Sequence record: OR980947
Source of the DNA: Shigella phage Tf
DNA: 64,000 nt
Strand: one strand, 5' to 3'
The position numbers and the translations under genes are program-made. The notes beneath the pieces are model-generated. The model did no database searches, had not been told where the DNA came from, and was given only the letters and a program-made list of their open reading frames with translations. Positions 24,691 to 39,463 of this stretch are shown here, piece after piece (positions within the stretch are counted from its first letter, which is position 1; the number at the start of each line of letters is the position of its first letter).

Positions 24691-25794
24691 ATGTTGACTA
24701 ATTCTGAAAAAAGCAGATTTTTCCTTGCTGACCTGACTGGTGAAGTCCAGTCTATCCCAAATACTTATGGGTATATTTCCAACTTAGGTCTGTTCCGTTC
24801 AGCACCAATCACCCAAACTACTTTCCTGATGGACTTGACTGATTGGGATGTTAGCTTGCTTGATGCGGTAGACCGTGATAGCCGTAAAGCAGAGACTAGC
24901 GCACCTGAGCGTGTTCGTCAAATCAGCTTCCCAATGATGTACTTCAAAGAAGTTGAAAGCATTACTCCTGATGAGATTCAGGGTGTACGTCAGCCAGGCA
25001 CTGCAAACGAACTGACTACTGAAGCTGTAGTACGTGCTAAGAAGCTGATGAAGATTCGTACCAAGTTCGATATTACTCGTGAGTTCCTGTTTATGCAAGC
25101 TCTGAAGGGTAAAGTTGTTGATGCTCGTGGTACTCTGTATGCTGACCTGTACAAACAGTTCGACGTTGAGAAGAAGACTATTTACTTCGACCTTGACAAC
25201 CCTAATGCTGATATCGACGCTTCTATTGAAGAACTGCGTATGCACATGGAAGACGAAGCTAAGACTGGCACTGTAATCAACGGTGAAGAAATTCACGTAG
25301 TTGTTGACCGCTTATTCTTCAGCAAACTGGTTAAACACCCTAAGATTCGTGACGCTTATCTTGCACAGCAGACTCCGCTGGCTTGGCAACAGATTACTGG
25401 TTCTCTGAGAACTGGTGGTACTGACGGCGTTCAGGCTCACATGAACACTTTCTACTACGGTGGTGTTAAGTTTGTCCAGTACAACGGTAAGTTCAAAGAC
25501 AAGCGTGGTAAGGTTCACACTCTGGTGAGTATTGATAGTGTAGCAGCAACTGTTGGTGTTGGTCATGCCTTCCCTAACGTATCTATGCTGGGTGAAGCTA
25601 ACAACATCTTCGAAGTGGCATATGGCCCATGTCCTAAGATGGGTTATGCAAATACACTTGGTCAGGAACTGTACGTATTCGAATACGAAAAAGACCGTGA
25701 CGAAGGTATTGACTTCGAAGCTCACTCTTACATGCTGCCATACTGTACTCGTCCTCAGTTGCTGGTAGATGTTCGTGCTGACGCCAAAGACTAA
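24691..25794 (+). CDS. major capsid protein (lambda gpE-like, putative)
   Basis: 367 aa ORF after protease/scaffold and decoration genes; strong RBS; codon usage typical of highly expressed genes. Confidence 0.6.
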   Translation: MLTNSEKSRFFLADLTGEVQSIPNTYGYISNLGLFRSAPITQTTFLMDLTDWDVSLLDAVDRDSRKAETSAPERVRQISFPMMYFKEVESITPDEIQGVRQPGTANELTTEAVVRAKKLMKIRTKFDITREFLFMQALKGKVVDARGTLYADLYKQFDVEKKTIYFDLDNPNADIDASIEELRMHMEDEAKTGTVINGEEIHVVVDRLFFSKLVKHPKIRDAYLAQQTPLAWQQITGSLRTGGTDGVQAHMNTFYYGGVKFVQYNGKFKDKRGKVHTLVSIDSVAATVGVGHAFPNVSMLGEANNIFEVAYGPCPKMGYANTLGQELYVFEYEKDRDEGIDFEAHSYMLPYCTRPQLLVDVRADAKD

Positions 25795-25815
25795 TATTCT
25801 TAAGGAGGGTTATGA

Positions 25816-26265
25816 ATGTGTTATACAGGCGACCCAGCCAATAACCCTCTTGATAGAGTAAGAATCCTCTGCACAGACACCAATAATGATGAAATTCTTA
25901 TTGAACAGTCTGTGCTAGAGTGGTTCTATCTAGAATCTGGAAAGGATGAAAAGAAAGCAGCCATCAAAGCTCTTAAATATTTACTCTTTCAAGTAGCCAA
26001 GATGGGAGATGAGAAGGTTGGTGGTGTTTATTTACGTAACTCTTCCAGATTCAAATCTCTGAAAGCTGTTTATGACGACCTTGTTAAAAGCTCTGTTTCA
26101 GGACTACCTTATGCAGGTGGTATTAATCAGTGTGAAATTGATATGCGTCGTCAGAATCCTTGCTCTGTCAAGAAATACACAGAATATGGTGATGCTGCCA
26201 GATACGAAGGCAGAGATTACTGCAACCGTGTTAATGGCGTATTTATTATCGAGCGAGATGAATAA
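25816..26265 (+). CDS. hypothetical head-tail joining protein
   Basis: ORF between capsid and tail genes. Confidence 0.4.
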   Translation: MCYTGDPANNPLDRVRILCTDTNNDEILIEQSVLEWFYLESGKDEKKAAIKALKYLLFQVAKMGDEKVGGVYLRNSSRFKSLKAVYDDLVKSSVSGLPYAGGINQCEIDMRRQNPCSVKKYTEYGDAARYEGRDYCNRVNGVFIIERDE

Positions 26266-26747
26266 TGGTTAAAAGGGTTATTCACCCCGCTAGAGCAAAA
26301 TTAGTCGGGGCTATGAAGAACTTGCAGACGGCTAATGCTCAAGTTGGGTATTTTCAAGAACAAGGTCAACATAGCTCTGGTTTTTCTTATCCTGCTTTAA
26401 TGTATTTACAAGAAGTTATTGGGGTTCCTTCAGCTTCTGGTAAAGTATATCGTAGGTTGTTTGAAATCACTATGATGCTAAACAAACAGACCTTGTTAGA
26501 GCAGACTAAGAAGAATCTATATAAGCAACTTAGTAGTCTCAACACAGACCCTTCAGATACCTTAGAAGCATTTGCAAAGAATGCTCAAAAGGCAATTAAA
26601 AGGGGCTTTGGTAATTCTGCTATCCTCCCTCCTAACGCACCTTCCACAGTCAAGAAAAAAGGCTTTAATGCACCTCTTGTTGAGACAGGTGACTTAAGGG
26701 ATAACCTTGCTTATAAAATTTCTACTAAGAAGGGTATTAAGAAATGA
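26265..26747 (+). CDS. hypothetical head completion protein
   Basis: ORF; translational coupling with neighbours. Confidence 0.4.
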   Translation: MVKRVIHPARAKLVGAMKNLQTANAQVGYFQEQGQHSSGFSYPALMYLQEVIGVPSASGKVYRRLFEITMMLNKQTLLEQTKKNLYKQLSSLNTDPSDTLEAFAKNAQKAIKRGFGNSAILPPNAPSTVKKKGFNAPLVETGDLRDNLAYKISTKKGIKK

Positions 26748-27145
26748 GACTCTTAAACAGACACAGCTTTGTAGTAAAGCGTAAAGTCTCTGAAGACGGT
26801 TATTATAACGATGATGGTGATTGGGTAGCTTCACAAGATGTTGTAGAGGTTAACTGTAAAGGTAATATCCAGCCATATATCAAAGGTTCTGTAAAGAACG
26901 GTACACAGATTGCTTTACCGGAAGGTATTAGACTTACTGATACAAGAATCCTGTATACCACATATAAACTTAGAACTTCAGATGATGTAGAGTGGAATGA
27001 GTCTGACATTGTTATGATTGATGGTCATGAGTATGAAGTATTTATGACTATGGATTGGTCACAGCAATTAGCCCATACGTCCCATTATGAATATATCATT
27101 ATTAGAAGGGATAAAATGAATGCAGTTAGAAACAGCAGAACTTGA
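26744..27145 (+). CDS. hypothetical neck protein
   Basis: ORF; overlapping stop/start. Confidence 0.4.
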   Translation: MRLLNRHSFVVKRKVSEDGYYNDDGDWVASQDVVEVNCKGNIQPYIKGSVKNGTQIALPEGIRLTDTRILYTTYKLRTSDDVEWNESDIVMIDGHEYEVFMTMDWSQQLAHTSHYEYIIIRRDKMNAVRNSRT

Positions 27146-27719
27146 AAAAGGTCTAGTTAGAACCTTAGTGGATGTTATTGGTCACAGACTAGCTCGTGAT
27201 AAGAATAATAGACCAAACGTAATTAGAGCTTACCCTTCTGATAACTCAAATGACAAAGGTTTAAAACCTGACCAGCCATTTATTACCGTATATTGTCAAG
27301 ATGCTGCAACACCTTATGGTTGGGTTCTTGATAAGTTTGTTGAGGATGATGTAGTTTGCTACAGAATTGCTTTTCAGATTCCAGTATTAATTACGGTGAA
27401 TGGTAAAGGTGCTCACAGTATTATGCTTGAGCTTAAACAACGATTAGAGATGAGTTCAGTCAGGGATTTAATTCTTGAAGAGACAGGAGCTACAGTTTTA
27501 GACACTGGAGCTATTCCAAATGACTATACTTATCTTAATACAGATTTCGAAAATTCTGCGCCTCTTGTTGTAACTCTTGTAAAAAATTCAGTCCTGAAAG
27601 ATGAACGTGGAAGTATTATTGAGCGTGTCATTGTTGATGGTGAATTAGTTTACGAAGAAGGACAAGAGCCACCAGAATATACTATCCATCTAGATGTAGA
27701 CTCCAAAGGGGTAAAATAA
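27120..27719 (+). CDS. hypothetical tail completion protein
   Basis: ORF; overlapping stop/start. Confidence 0.4.
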   Translation: MQLETAELEKGLVRTLVDVIGHRLARDKNNRPNVIRAYPSDNSNDKGLKPDQPFITVYCQDAATPYGWVLDKFVEDDVVCYRIAFQIPVLITVNGKGAHSIMLELKQRLEMSSVRDLILEETGATVLDTGAIPNDYTYLNTDFENSAPLVVTLVKNSVLKDERGSIIERVIVDGELVYEEGQEPPEYTIHLDVDSKGVK

Positions 27720-29072
27720 ATGTGGAATCCAATTGTTAATGTAGATATTACATTGAACACCGCAGGAACTACAAGAGAAGGTTTTGGGCTACCACTATTT
27801 TTAGCTTCAACAGATAACTTTGAAGAAAGAGTCCGTGGTTACACTTCCTTAACTGAAGTTGCTGAAGATTTCGATGAGAGGTCTGCTGCATATAAGGCTG
27901 CTAAACAACTTTGGAGTCAGACTCCTAAAGTAACTCAGCTTTATATTGGTAGACGTGCTATGCAGTACACTGTATCAATTCCTGATGCCGTTACTGAGAG
28001 CACTGATTATTCTTTAACTGTAGCTGTGAGCGGTGGAATCTCTCAGCCATTCCAGTACACTTCACAGGCATCAGATACCGCTGAGAAGGTGTTACAGCAG
28101 ATTAAAACACAGATTGAAGCAGAACCTTCTGTAAAAGACCTTGTTACTGTCAATGTAACTGGTACTGGTGGTTCAGCGACAATGGTAATCACCAAAGCTG
28201 GTGTGAACGACTTCGTGAAGGTTACTACTACAGCACAAACAGTGTCAATTGCAAGTACAACTGCTGACACAGCATCGACTGCTCTGGCAGCTATTGAAGC
28301 TTATTCAACTGACTGGTATTTCATTGCAGCGGAAGACAGAACTCAACAGTTTGTCTTAGCAATGGCTTCTGAGATTCAAGCTCGTAAGAAGATTTTCTTT
28401 ACAGCTAACTCTGATGTAACAGCCCTACAAGGTACAGAATTAGCCAGTGCAAATGATGTTCCAGCACAGCTTGCTAAGAATATGTACACTCGTACAGTTT
28501 GCTTGTGGCATCACACAGCAGCAGAGGATTATCCAGAAATGGCATACATTGCTTATGGTGCTCCATATGATGCAGGTTCGATTGCTTGGGGTAATGCACA
28601 GTTAACTGGTGTAGCTGCTTCTCTACAGCCAGCTAATAAGAGACCTCTGACAAGTATTCAGAAGTCAGCTTTAGATGCACGTCACTGTAACTTTATTGAC
28701 CTTGATGGTGGTGTTCCAGTGGTTCGTAGAGGGATTACTTCTGGTGGGGAATGGATTGATATCATCCGTGGTGTTGACTGGTTAGAATCAGACCTGAAAA
28801 CTTCTCTGAGAGACTTGCTAATTAACCAGAAGGGTGGTAAGATTACTTATGATGATACTGGTATTACCCGTATTCGTCAAGTCATTGAAACCTCTCTGCA
28901 AAGAGCAGTCAACAGAAACTTCCTGTCATCTTACACAGTTAATGTTCCTAAAGCCTCTCAAGTTGCTTTGGCAGACAAGAAAGCACGTATCCTGAAAGAC
29001 GTTACCTTCGCAGGTGTCTTAGCAGGGGCTATCTTGGATGTTGACTTGAAAGGTACAGTGGCTTACGAATAA
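27720..29072 (+). CDS. tail sheath protein (putative)
   Basis: 450 aa ORF immediately upstream of a ~150 aa tube-sized ORF and the tape measure gene; Mu/P2-like order. Confidence 0.5.
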   Translation: MWNPIVNVDITLNTAGTTREGFGLPLFLASTDNFEERVRGYTSLTEVAEDFDERSAAYKAAKQLWSQTPKVTQLYIGRRAMQYTVSIPDAVTESTDYSLTVAVSGGISQPFQYTSQASDTAEKVLQQIKTQIEAEPSVKDLVTVNVTGTGGSATMVITKAGVNDFVKVTTTAQTVSIASTTADTASTALAAIEAYSTDWYFIAAEDRTQQFVLAMASEIQARKKIFFTANSDVTALQGTELASANDVPAQLAKNMYTRTVCLWHHTAAEDYPEMAYIAYGAPYDAGSIAWGNAQLTGVAASLQPANKRPLTSIQKSALDARHCNFIDLDGGVPVVRRGITSGGEWIDIIRGVDWLESDLKTSLRDLLINQKGGKITYDDTGITRIRQVIETSLQRAVNRNFLSSYTVNVPKASQVALADKKARILKDVTFAGVLAGAILDVDLKGTVAYE

Positions 29073-29087
29073 TAGAGGTAAATTGGA

Positions 29088-29534
29088 ATGGCTATGTATC
29101 AGCAATATTCCCCTAAAGACGTTGTATGTAGCTGGAATGGTATTGCCATTGAAGGCTTTGCCCCAGACTCATTCTTGCGTCTACAGAGAACATCACCACT
29201 TATCACACCAGTTGTAGGTGCAGGTGGTCAAGTTGCTCTGACAAGAAATGCAGACAAGACAGGTACTATTGAGATTGAGCTAATGCAGACTTCTCTCTCT
29301 AACCAGATGCTTTCTGCAATTCAAGCTAAACAAGACAATATGGAACTTGAAGAAGATATCTCTTCTAACTTCGTAATCTACGACCCATCAGGCTCTGTTC
29401 TGGCAACTGGTATTAATGCTTGGTTGCAGGAATTACCACAGATTGAACTTGGTCGTGACCAGAACTCTAAAACTTGGATTTTTGGTTGTGAGAAGTTAGA
29501 CTACACTTCTACAATTCCAGCGTCAAGTGTTTAA
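29088..29534 (+). CDS. tail tube protein (putative)
   Basis: 148 aa ORF after sheath candidate; strong terminator follows. Confidence 0.5.
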   Translation: MAMYQQYSPKDVVCSWNGIAIEGFAPDSFLRLQRTSPLITPVVGAGGQVALTRNADKTGTIEIELMQTSLSNQMLSAIQAKQDNMELEEDISSNFVIYDPSGSVLATGINAWLQELPQIELGRDQNSKTWIFGCEKLDYTSTIPASSV

Positions 29535-29546
29535 TAAATCCTATAA

Positions 29547-29578
29547 GGGGGAGACTTTAAAAGGTCTTCCCCTTTTTT
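29547..29578 (+). terminator. rho-independent terminator after tail tube gene
   Basis: gggggagactttaaaaggtcttcccc + tttttt. Confidence 0.75.
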
Positions 29579-29607
29579 GTTTCTTTTAAAAGTATTAAGG
29601 AATCACA

Positions 29608-30006
29608 ATGAAAACAGAATCTAGAGTAATTAATGGTAAGAAAGTAAATATCGTTCTGCTTGGGGCGAGAGATGGTATTAAGATGTCTATGAAGTTGGGT
29701 AAAATTGTTGTTCCAACCTTTGCACAGATGCTGTCAAGTCTGACTGATAAAGATAAGAAAGAAGCTCCAATGGTTCCATTTAAAGAACTTGTTGAAGCTT
29801 GTTTTGACAGAATTGAAGAAATTAACCTTGAAGAAATGGCTACACTATTATTTCAAGGGGCAACTGTTGATGACTTCCCACTTAATATTGATACATACTT
29901 CCAAGCAAACTACGGTGAATTTATTGATTACTTAGCATTTGCGCTGGAGGCAAACTTCGGAAGTTTTTTCGAAGCAAGCATTTTCAAAAGCCTAACTTCT
30001 CAGTAA
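29608..30006 (+). CDS. tail assembly chaperone (putative)
   Basis: 132 aa ORF immediately upstream of tape measure gene. Confidence 0.4.
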   Translation: MKTESRVINGKKVNIVLLGARDGIKMSMKLGKIVVPTFAQMLSSLTDKDKKEAPMVPFKELVEACFDRIEEINLEEMATLLFQGATVDDFPLNIDTYFQANYGEFIDYLAFALEANFGSFFEASIFKSLTSQ

Positions 30007-30008
30007 AC

Positions 30009-30246
30009 ATGGGTAATACTCTACAGACACCACTGACTGATGCTGCTGTAGAGGCAACCTATGAAGAAGCAGACGAGATGAAATTTGTGCTTGCTATTTA
30101 TGGTATGGAAGGGTGTAAAGAAACACTTGACCAACTCTTTGCTATGACATTCTCTGATTTATTATCATTGAGACAATTTCTTGAAATTCAGAGGTCGTAT
30201 AAAGAGGAAATTGCTTACAACGAACTTAGAAGAGCAGGAAAATGTA

Positions 30247-30266
<20 letters not shown>
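30009..30266 (+). CDS. tail assembly protein (putative, second chaperone ORF)
   Basis: 85 aa ORF overlapping the tape measure start. Confidence 0.35.
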
Positions 30267-35610
<5,344 letters not shown>

Positions 35611-35611
<1 letters not shown>

Positions 35612-37080
35612 TGGCAGGACTAACTACAACAGGATTACAAACTCTAAGATATCAGGAGATTTTTGATAATATCAAATCAAGGCTTCTTAGAGATATTTCA
35701 CCCAACCTTGACGTGTCTGAAGATAGTCAATTAGGACTCTTCCTAGCTTCAATTGCAAGGTCTTTAGCAGATACTCATGAGATTCTATCAGAAATCTACG
35801 ATGGGGGTACAATTGATAAGGCTGAAGGCTTTAACCTTGATGATATTACCGCTTTAAACGCTGTATATAGGTATGTTGCACAGGCAACAAGAGGTCAGGT
35901 GGAGTTTACTGGAACCACTGGTGCTACTATTCCTTCAACAACAAGATTAAGAAGTACTGCCGGAAACATCTTTTACCCAGTTAACAACATTACCCTTACC
36001 CCATCATATTGTGTTGAAGCTGTCCTTGAAGTTAACTCTTTACGAACTGATGCAGATTATGTTATTATTATTGATAACGTCATTTTCTCATATAAACCAA
36101 CCTCATCAGACACAATCACCATACTTCTAACAAAATTAGCAGAAGCTATTAATGGTGGTATTGTAGCAAAGGCAGAAGTAATTAATGACGGAGCCTCATT
36201 AAGAATCTATAAAGATGAGGGTGATATCATTGCAAGAACAAACCCTATGGTTGTCACTGCGACAACGTTTCTTACCTTTACAAAAATTACAACTATTTCA
36301 GATGTAGTAGCTGAAGAGGTGGGTGCTACCCCTGCTTTAGCTGGTACGCTTATTGAGATTGAGACAACTGTTGATGGTCTTGACAGTATTTATAACAGGT
36401 ATGATTTAACAACTGGTAGAAACGAAGAAACTGACACAGAACTCAGACAGAGATATTTAGAGTCTTTAGCAGTTACTGGTGTAGGTACTTTGGATGCAAT
36501 TGTAGCTGCTGTTAAAAGAGTTCAAGGGGTCTCAGATGCTTCAGGTGTTGAAAATGATACTGAAGAGACAAACTCAGAAGGTCTTCCACCAAAATCTTTT
36601 AAGATTGTTGTAGTTGGTGGTCAAAATGATAATGTTGCTCAAGCAATCTGGGATACAAAACCTGCTGGTATCAGGGCTTATGGCTCAATTTTTGGTACAG
36701 CCTATGATTTAGGTGGTCTGGCACATAATATCTATTTTAGCAGACCAACACCAAAATACGCATTTGTTAAGGTGTCTTACTCATTATATGACGAAGAAAG
36801 TTTGACAATCCCTGAAGAGGATATCAGAGACAGCATTGTACAAGGTATTAATGCTTATGGGAGAACTCTTAAGGTTGGTAATGATGTTATCCCTAACAGA
36901 ATCTATGGATATATCTATGACGTAATTAAAGGTATTGAGATTAATGAGGTTAAAGTAGCCTTATCAAACAGCCAATCAGTTCCACCTAGTGACGGGCAGT
37001 ATACTACAGCAAGAATTACTGTTGACGGTGACCAATATACTGTATGGGAAAGTAGTCAGTACACCATTGCTAAGGAGTAA
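35611..37080 (+). CDS. baseplate J-like protein (putative)
   Basis: 489 aa ORF following W-like gene. Confidence 0.45.
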
Positions 37081-37082
37081 TA

Positions 37083-37937
37083 ATGTTTCAGAAAATTGAT
37101 GATGTCTACTATAAGACTCTTGACGAAAGAACTGTAACACAGTTTAAAGATAAATTTATCTATACAAGTATCTTGAAAGCAATCACTGATGAATTACAAA
37201 CTCTAGAAGATGTTTGCTGGCAGATGCACACAGAGAGAAATATCAGGACGTCAGTAGGCCAACAACTTGATAACATTGGCTCACTGATTAAAGTTCCTAG
37301 ACCTTTAGGTGCAGATGATGAAACATATAGGGCTATGCTTTATATTCAAATCTTCCTAAGACGCTCTGACACTACTCCAACATTCTTGCAAAAAGCAATT
37401 ATGACACTATATGGTGCAACTTTCTCTCAGATTTTTGAGCATATTACTCCTAAGACTGGTGGTATCGTTATCCGTATTAACACCAGAAAGAGCGTTCTTG
37501 ATGCTGCATATACACTGTCAAAGATTTCTGCAACAACTACTGGTTCTGCTGTTATCTTAAGAGATGTTACTTTAAATGGAACTGCTTGGACACCTGTAGA
37601 GGTTGCTGATTCAGCACTTGCCATTGTTGATGATAAAGAGAACTGGTTTGTAACTGATGCTAACAGAGGTCTGGTAACAAATAACACTGGTGGCTCTCTG
37701 GAGTCCAACCTAGTAGGGAGTCTTACAGATGCTGGTGTTATTGATGGTTACTTTAAGGTTGACAGAACAGCAAACTCACAGAGTGATGATTATATGACTG
37801 TAGATAGGTCCAATAATAGTGGCTATTTCATCGTTGGTAAAGAAGCTATTGCAGGTGGTGCATATGGAATCATGGCTGAGGTTGCACAAATTGTCAAAGG
37901 CAGAAAAGATAAATCACAACAAGAAGGAAATTCTTAA
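37083..37937 (+). CDS. baseplate/tail fibre attachment protein (putative)
   Basis: 284 aa ORF between J-like gene and tail fibres. Confidence 0.4.
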   Translation: MFQKIDDVYYKTLDERTVTQFKDKFIYTSILKAITDELQTLEDVCWQMHTERNIRTSVGQQLDNIGSLIKVPRPLGADDETYRAMLYIQIFLRRSDTTPTFLQKAIMTLYGATFSQIFEHITPKTGGIVIRINTRKSVLDAAYTLSKISATTTGSAVILRDVTLNGTAWTPVEVADSALAIVDDKENWFVTDANRGLVTNNTGGSLESNLVGSLTDAGVIDGYFKVDRTANSQSDDYMTVDRSNNSGYFIVGKEAIAGGAYGIMAEVAQIVKGRKDKSQQEGNS

Positions 37938-38239
37938 TGGCAGTTTTAAATTGGTCTACAAATGAAGTAGATACTGATGGTAACCAGTTAAAAGTTTTAC
38001 CACCACCGGAAGTTCAAGAGACAGGTCTTTTAAAGGGTGAACCTATGGGTAGACAGTGGTTCAACTATATTATCAACTACCTGCTTAATAAAGTAAACGG
38101 CACTGTTGGTGAAGTTCGCTCATATGCAACTCAGCAACCAGATTTAGTAGCCAATGGCTGGAAACTAATTAAGTCTGAGACAGGGACTGCAACAACAAGT
38201 ACAAAGAACCTTTACACATATGAATATGTAGGAGCTTAA
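37937..38239 (+). CDS. hypothetical tail protein (100 aa)
   Basis: ORF with overlapping stop/start. Confidence 0.4.
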   Translation: MAVLNWSTNEVDTDGNQLKVLPPPEVQETGLLKGEPMGRQWFNYIINYLLNKVNGTVGEVRSYATQQPDLVANGWKLIKSETGTATTSTKNLYTYEYVGA

Positions 38240-38241
38240 TA

Positions 38242-39417
38242 ATGGCAGTCGGTGAAATTCAAATTAGTGCCTTGCCACAAGCGGCATTACCAGTTGATTT
38301 AAGTGATATCTTCCATCTTAAGCAAGGTGTTGAAGATAAAAGATGTACACTTGAACATTTGTTAGCACCTCACGCATCTTTAAGGAATAACCCCCATGGC
38401 GTAACCAAATCGCAAGTGGGTCTTGATAATGTTATTAACTCTCTTCAATTAGTTGCAGATAATAACTTGTCAGATATTGTAAATGTTGCTGAGGCAAGAG
38501 CAAATCTACAAATTATGTCGTCAGAAGAAGTGAATAGTTTAATTCAGCGACATATTGACGACAAAAGTAACCCACACAATACAACGAAAGCACAGGTCGG
38601 TTTAAGTAATGTTCAGAACTGGACAACATCCAATCTGTACAATGAAGATGCTGATAAATATGCTACCGCGAAAGCAGTTAATAATTTATACAAAGCTATC
38701 CAAGCGTCATATCCAGTAGGGACTATTCATCTATCTGTTAACTCTGCTAACCCATCCACTTACTTACTTTGTGGAGGTACTTGGGAGTTAGTCTCTAAAG
38801 GTAGAGCACTAGTTGGTTATGATACAGATTCTAGACCTGTTGGTTCAACGTTTGGTTCTCAGACTGTAGCATTAACAAATAATAATTTACCAGCACATAC
38901 ACACTCTATCTATTTAACAGGTGGTGGTCACACACACTCTGCAAGCGTATCTATCTCTAGTTTTGATTATGGTTCAAAAAGTACATCAACTTTTGATTAC
39001 GGTACAAAAACGACTAATAGTGCTGGTGCTCATACTCACACGTTTAGTGGCACAACAAGTAATGCTGGTAACCACAACCACAGAGTACCTATGAGGGGTA
39101 ATGATAGAGGTGGTACAAATGCTATTACTGCATCTGCTGATGCTGGTGTTGGTAATGCTATGTATACTGATTTAGCTGGTGCTCACACCCATAGCTTCTC
39201 AGGCACAACTGCATCATCTGGTGCTCATAGTCATACTGTTGCAATTGGTGCTCATAGTCACACTGTCAATATTGGTTCACACAGTCATACTGGCACTGTT
39301 ACTGTTTCTAGCTCTGAGCATACACACTCAGGGACATCTGGTTCTGTTGGTGGTGGTCAAGCTTTCAGTGTTGAGCAACCATCTTTTGTAGTATATGTAT
39401 GGCAGAGAACAGCTTAA
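38242..39417 (+). CDS. tail fibre protein with collar-like domain and His-x-His repeats
   Basis: collar-like segment (CGGTWELVSKGRALVGY...NNNLPAHTHS) and repeated HTH/HSH/HNH motifs; C-terminus ...AFSVEQ...VWQRTA shared with next gene. Confidence 0.65.
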   Translation: MAVGEIQISALPQAALPVDLSDIFHLKQGVEDKRCTLEHLLAPHASLRNNPHGVTKSQVGLDNVINSLQLVADNNLSDIVNVAEARANLQIMSSEEVNSLIQRHIDDKSNPHNTTKAQVGLSNVQNWTTSNLYNEDADKYATAKAVNNLYKAIQASYPVGTIHLSVNSANPSTYLLCGGTWELVSKGRALVGYDTDSRPVGSTFGSQTVALTNNNLPAHTHSIYLTGGGHTHSASVSISSFDYGSKSTSTFDYGTKTTNSAGAHTHTFSGTTSNAGNHNHRVPMRGNDRGGTNAITASADAGVGNAMYTDLAGAHTHSFSGTTASSGAHSHTVAIGAHSHTVNIGSHSHTGTVTVSSSEHTHSGTSGSVGGGQAFSVEQPSFVVYVWQRTA

Positions 39418-39427
39418 TTTCTTTACA

Positions 39428-39447
39428 GGGGCTTTGTAGCCCCTTTT
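39428..39447 (+). terminator. rho-independent terminator between the two tail fibre genes
   Basis: ggggctttgtagcccc + tttt. Confidence 0.65.
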
Positions 39448-39463
39448 AAGAGGAAAATTTATA

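Noticed and set aside
30181-30246. Upstream in-frame extension of the tape measure ORF (start at 30181)
   Set aside because: The extension overlaps the preceding chaperone-like ORF and lacks an RBS, whereas ATG 30247 is preceded by AGGAAA; a programmed frameshift fusion with the upstream ORF was not pursued for lack of a slippery site.
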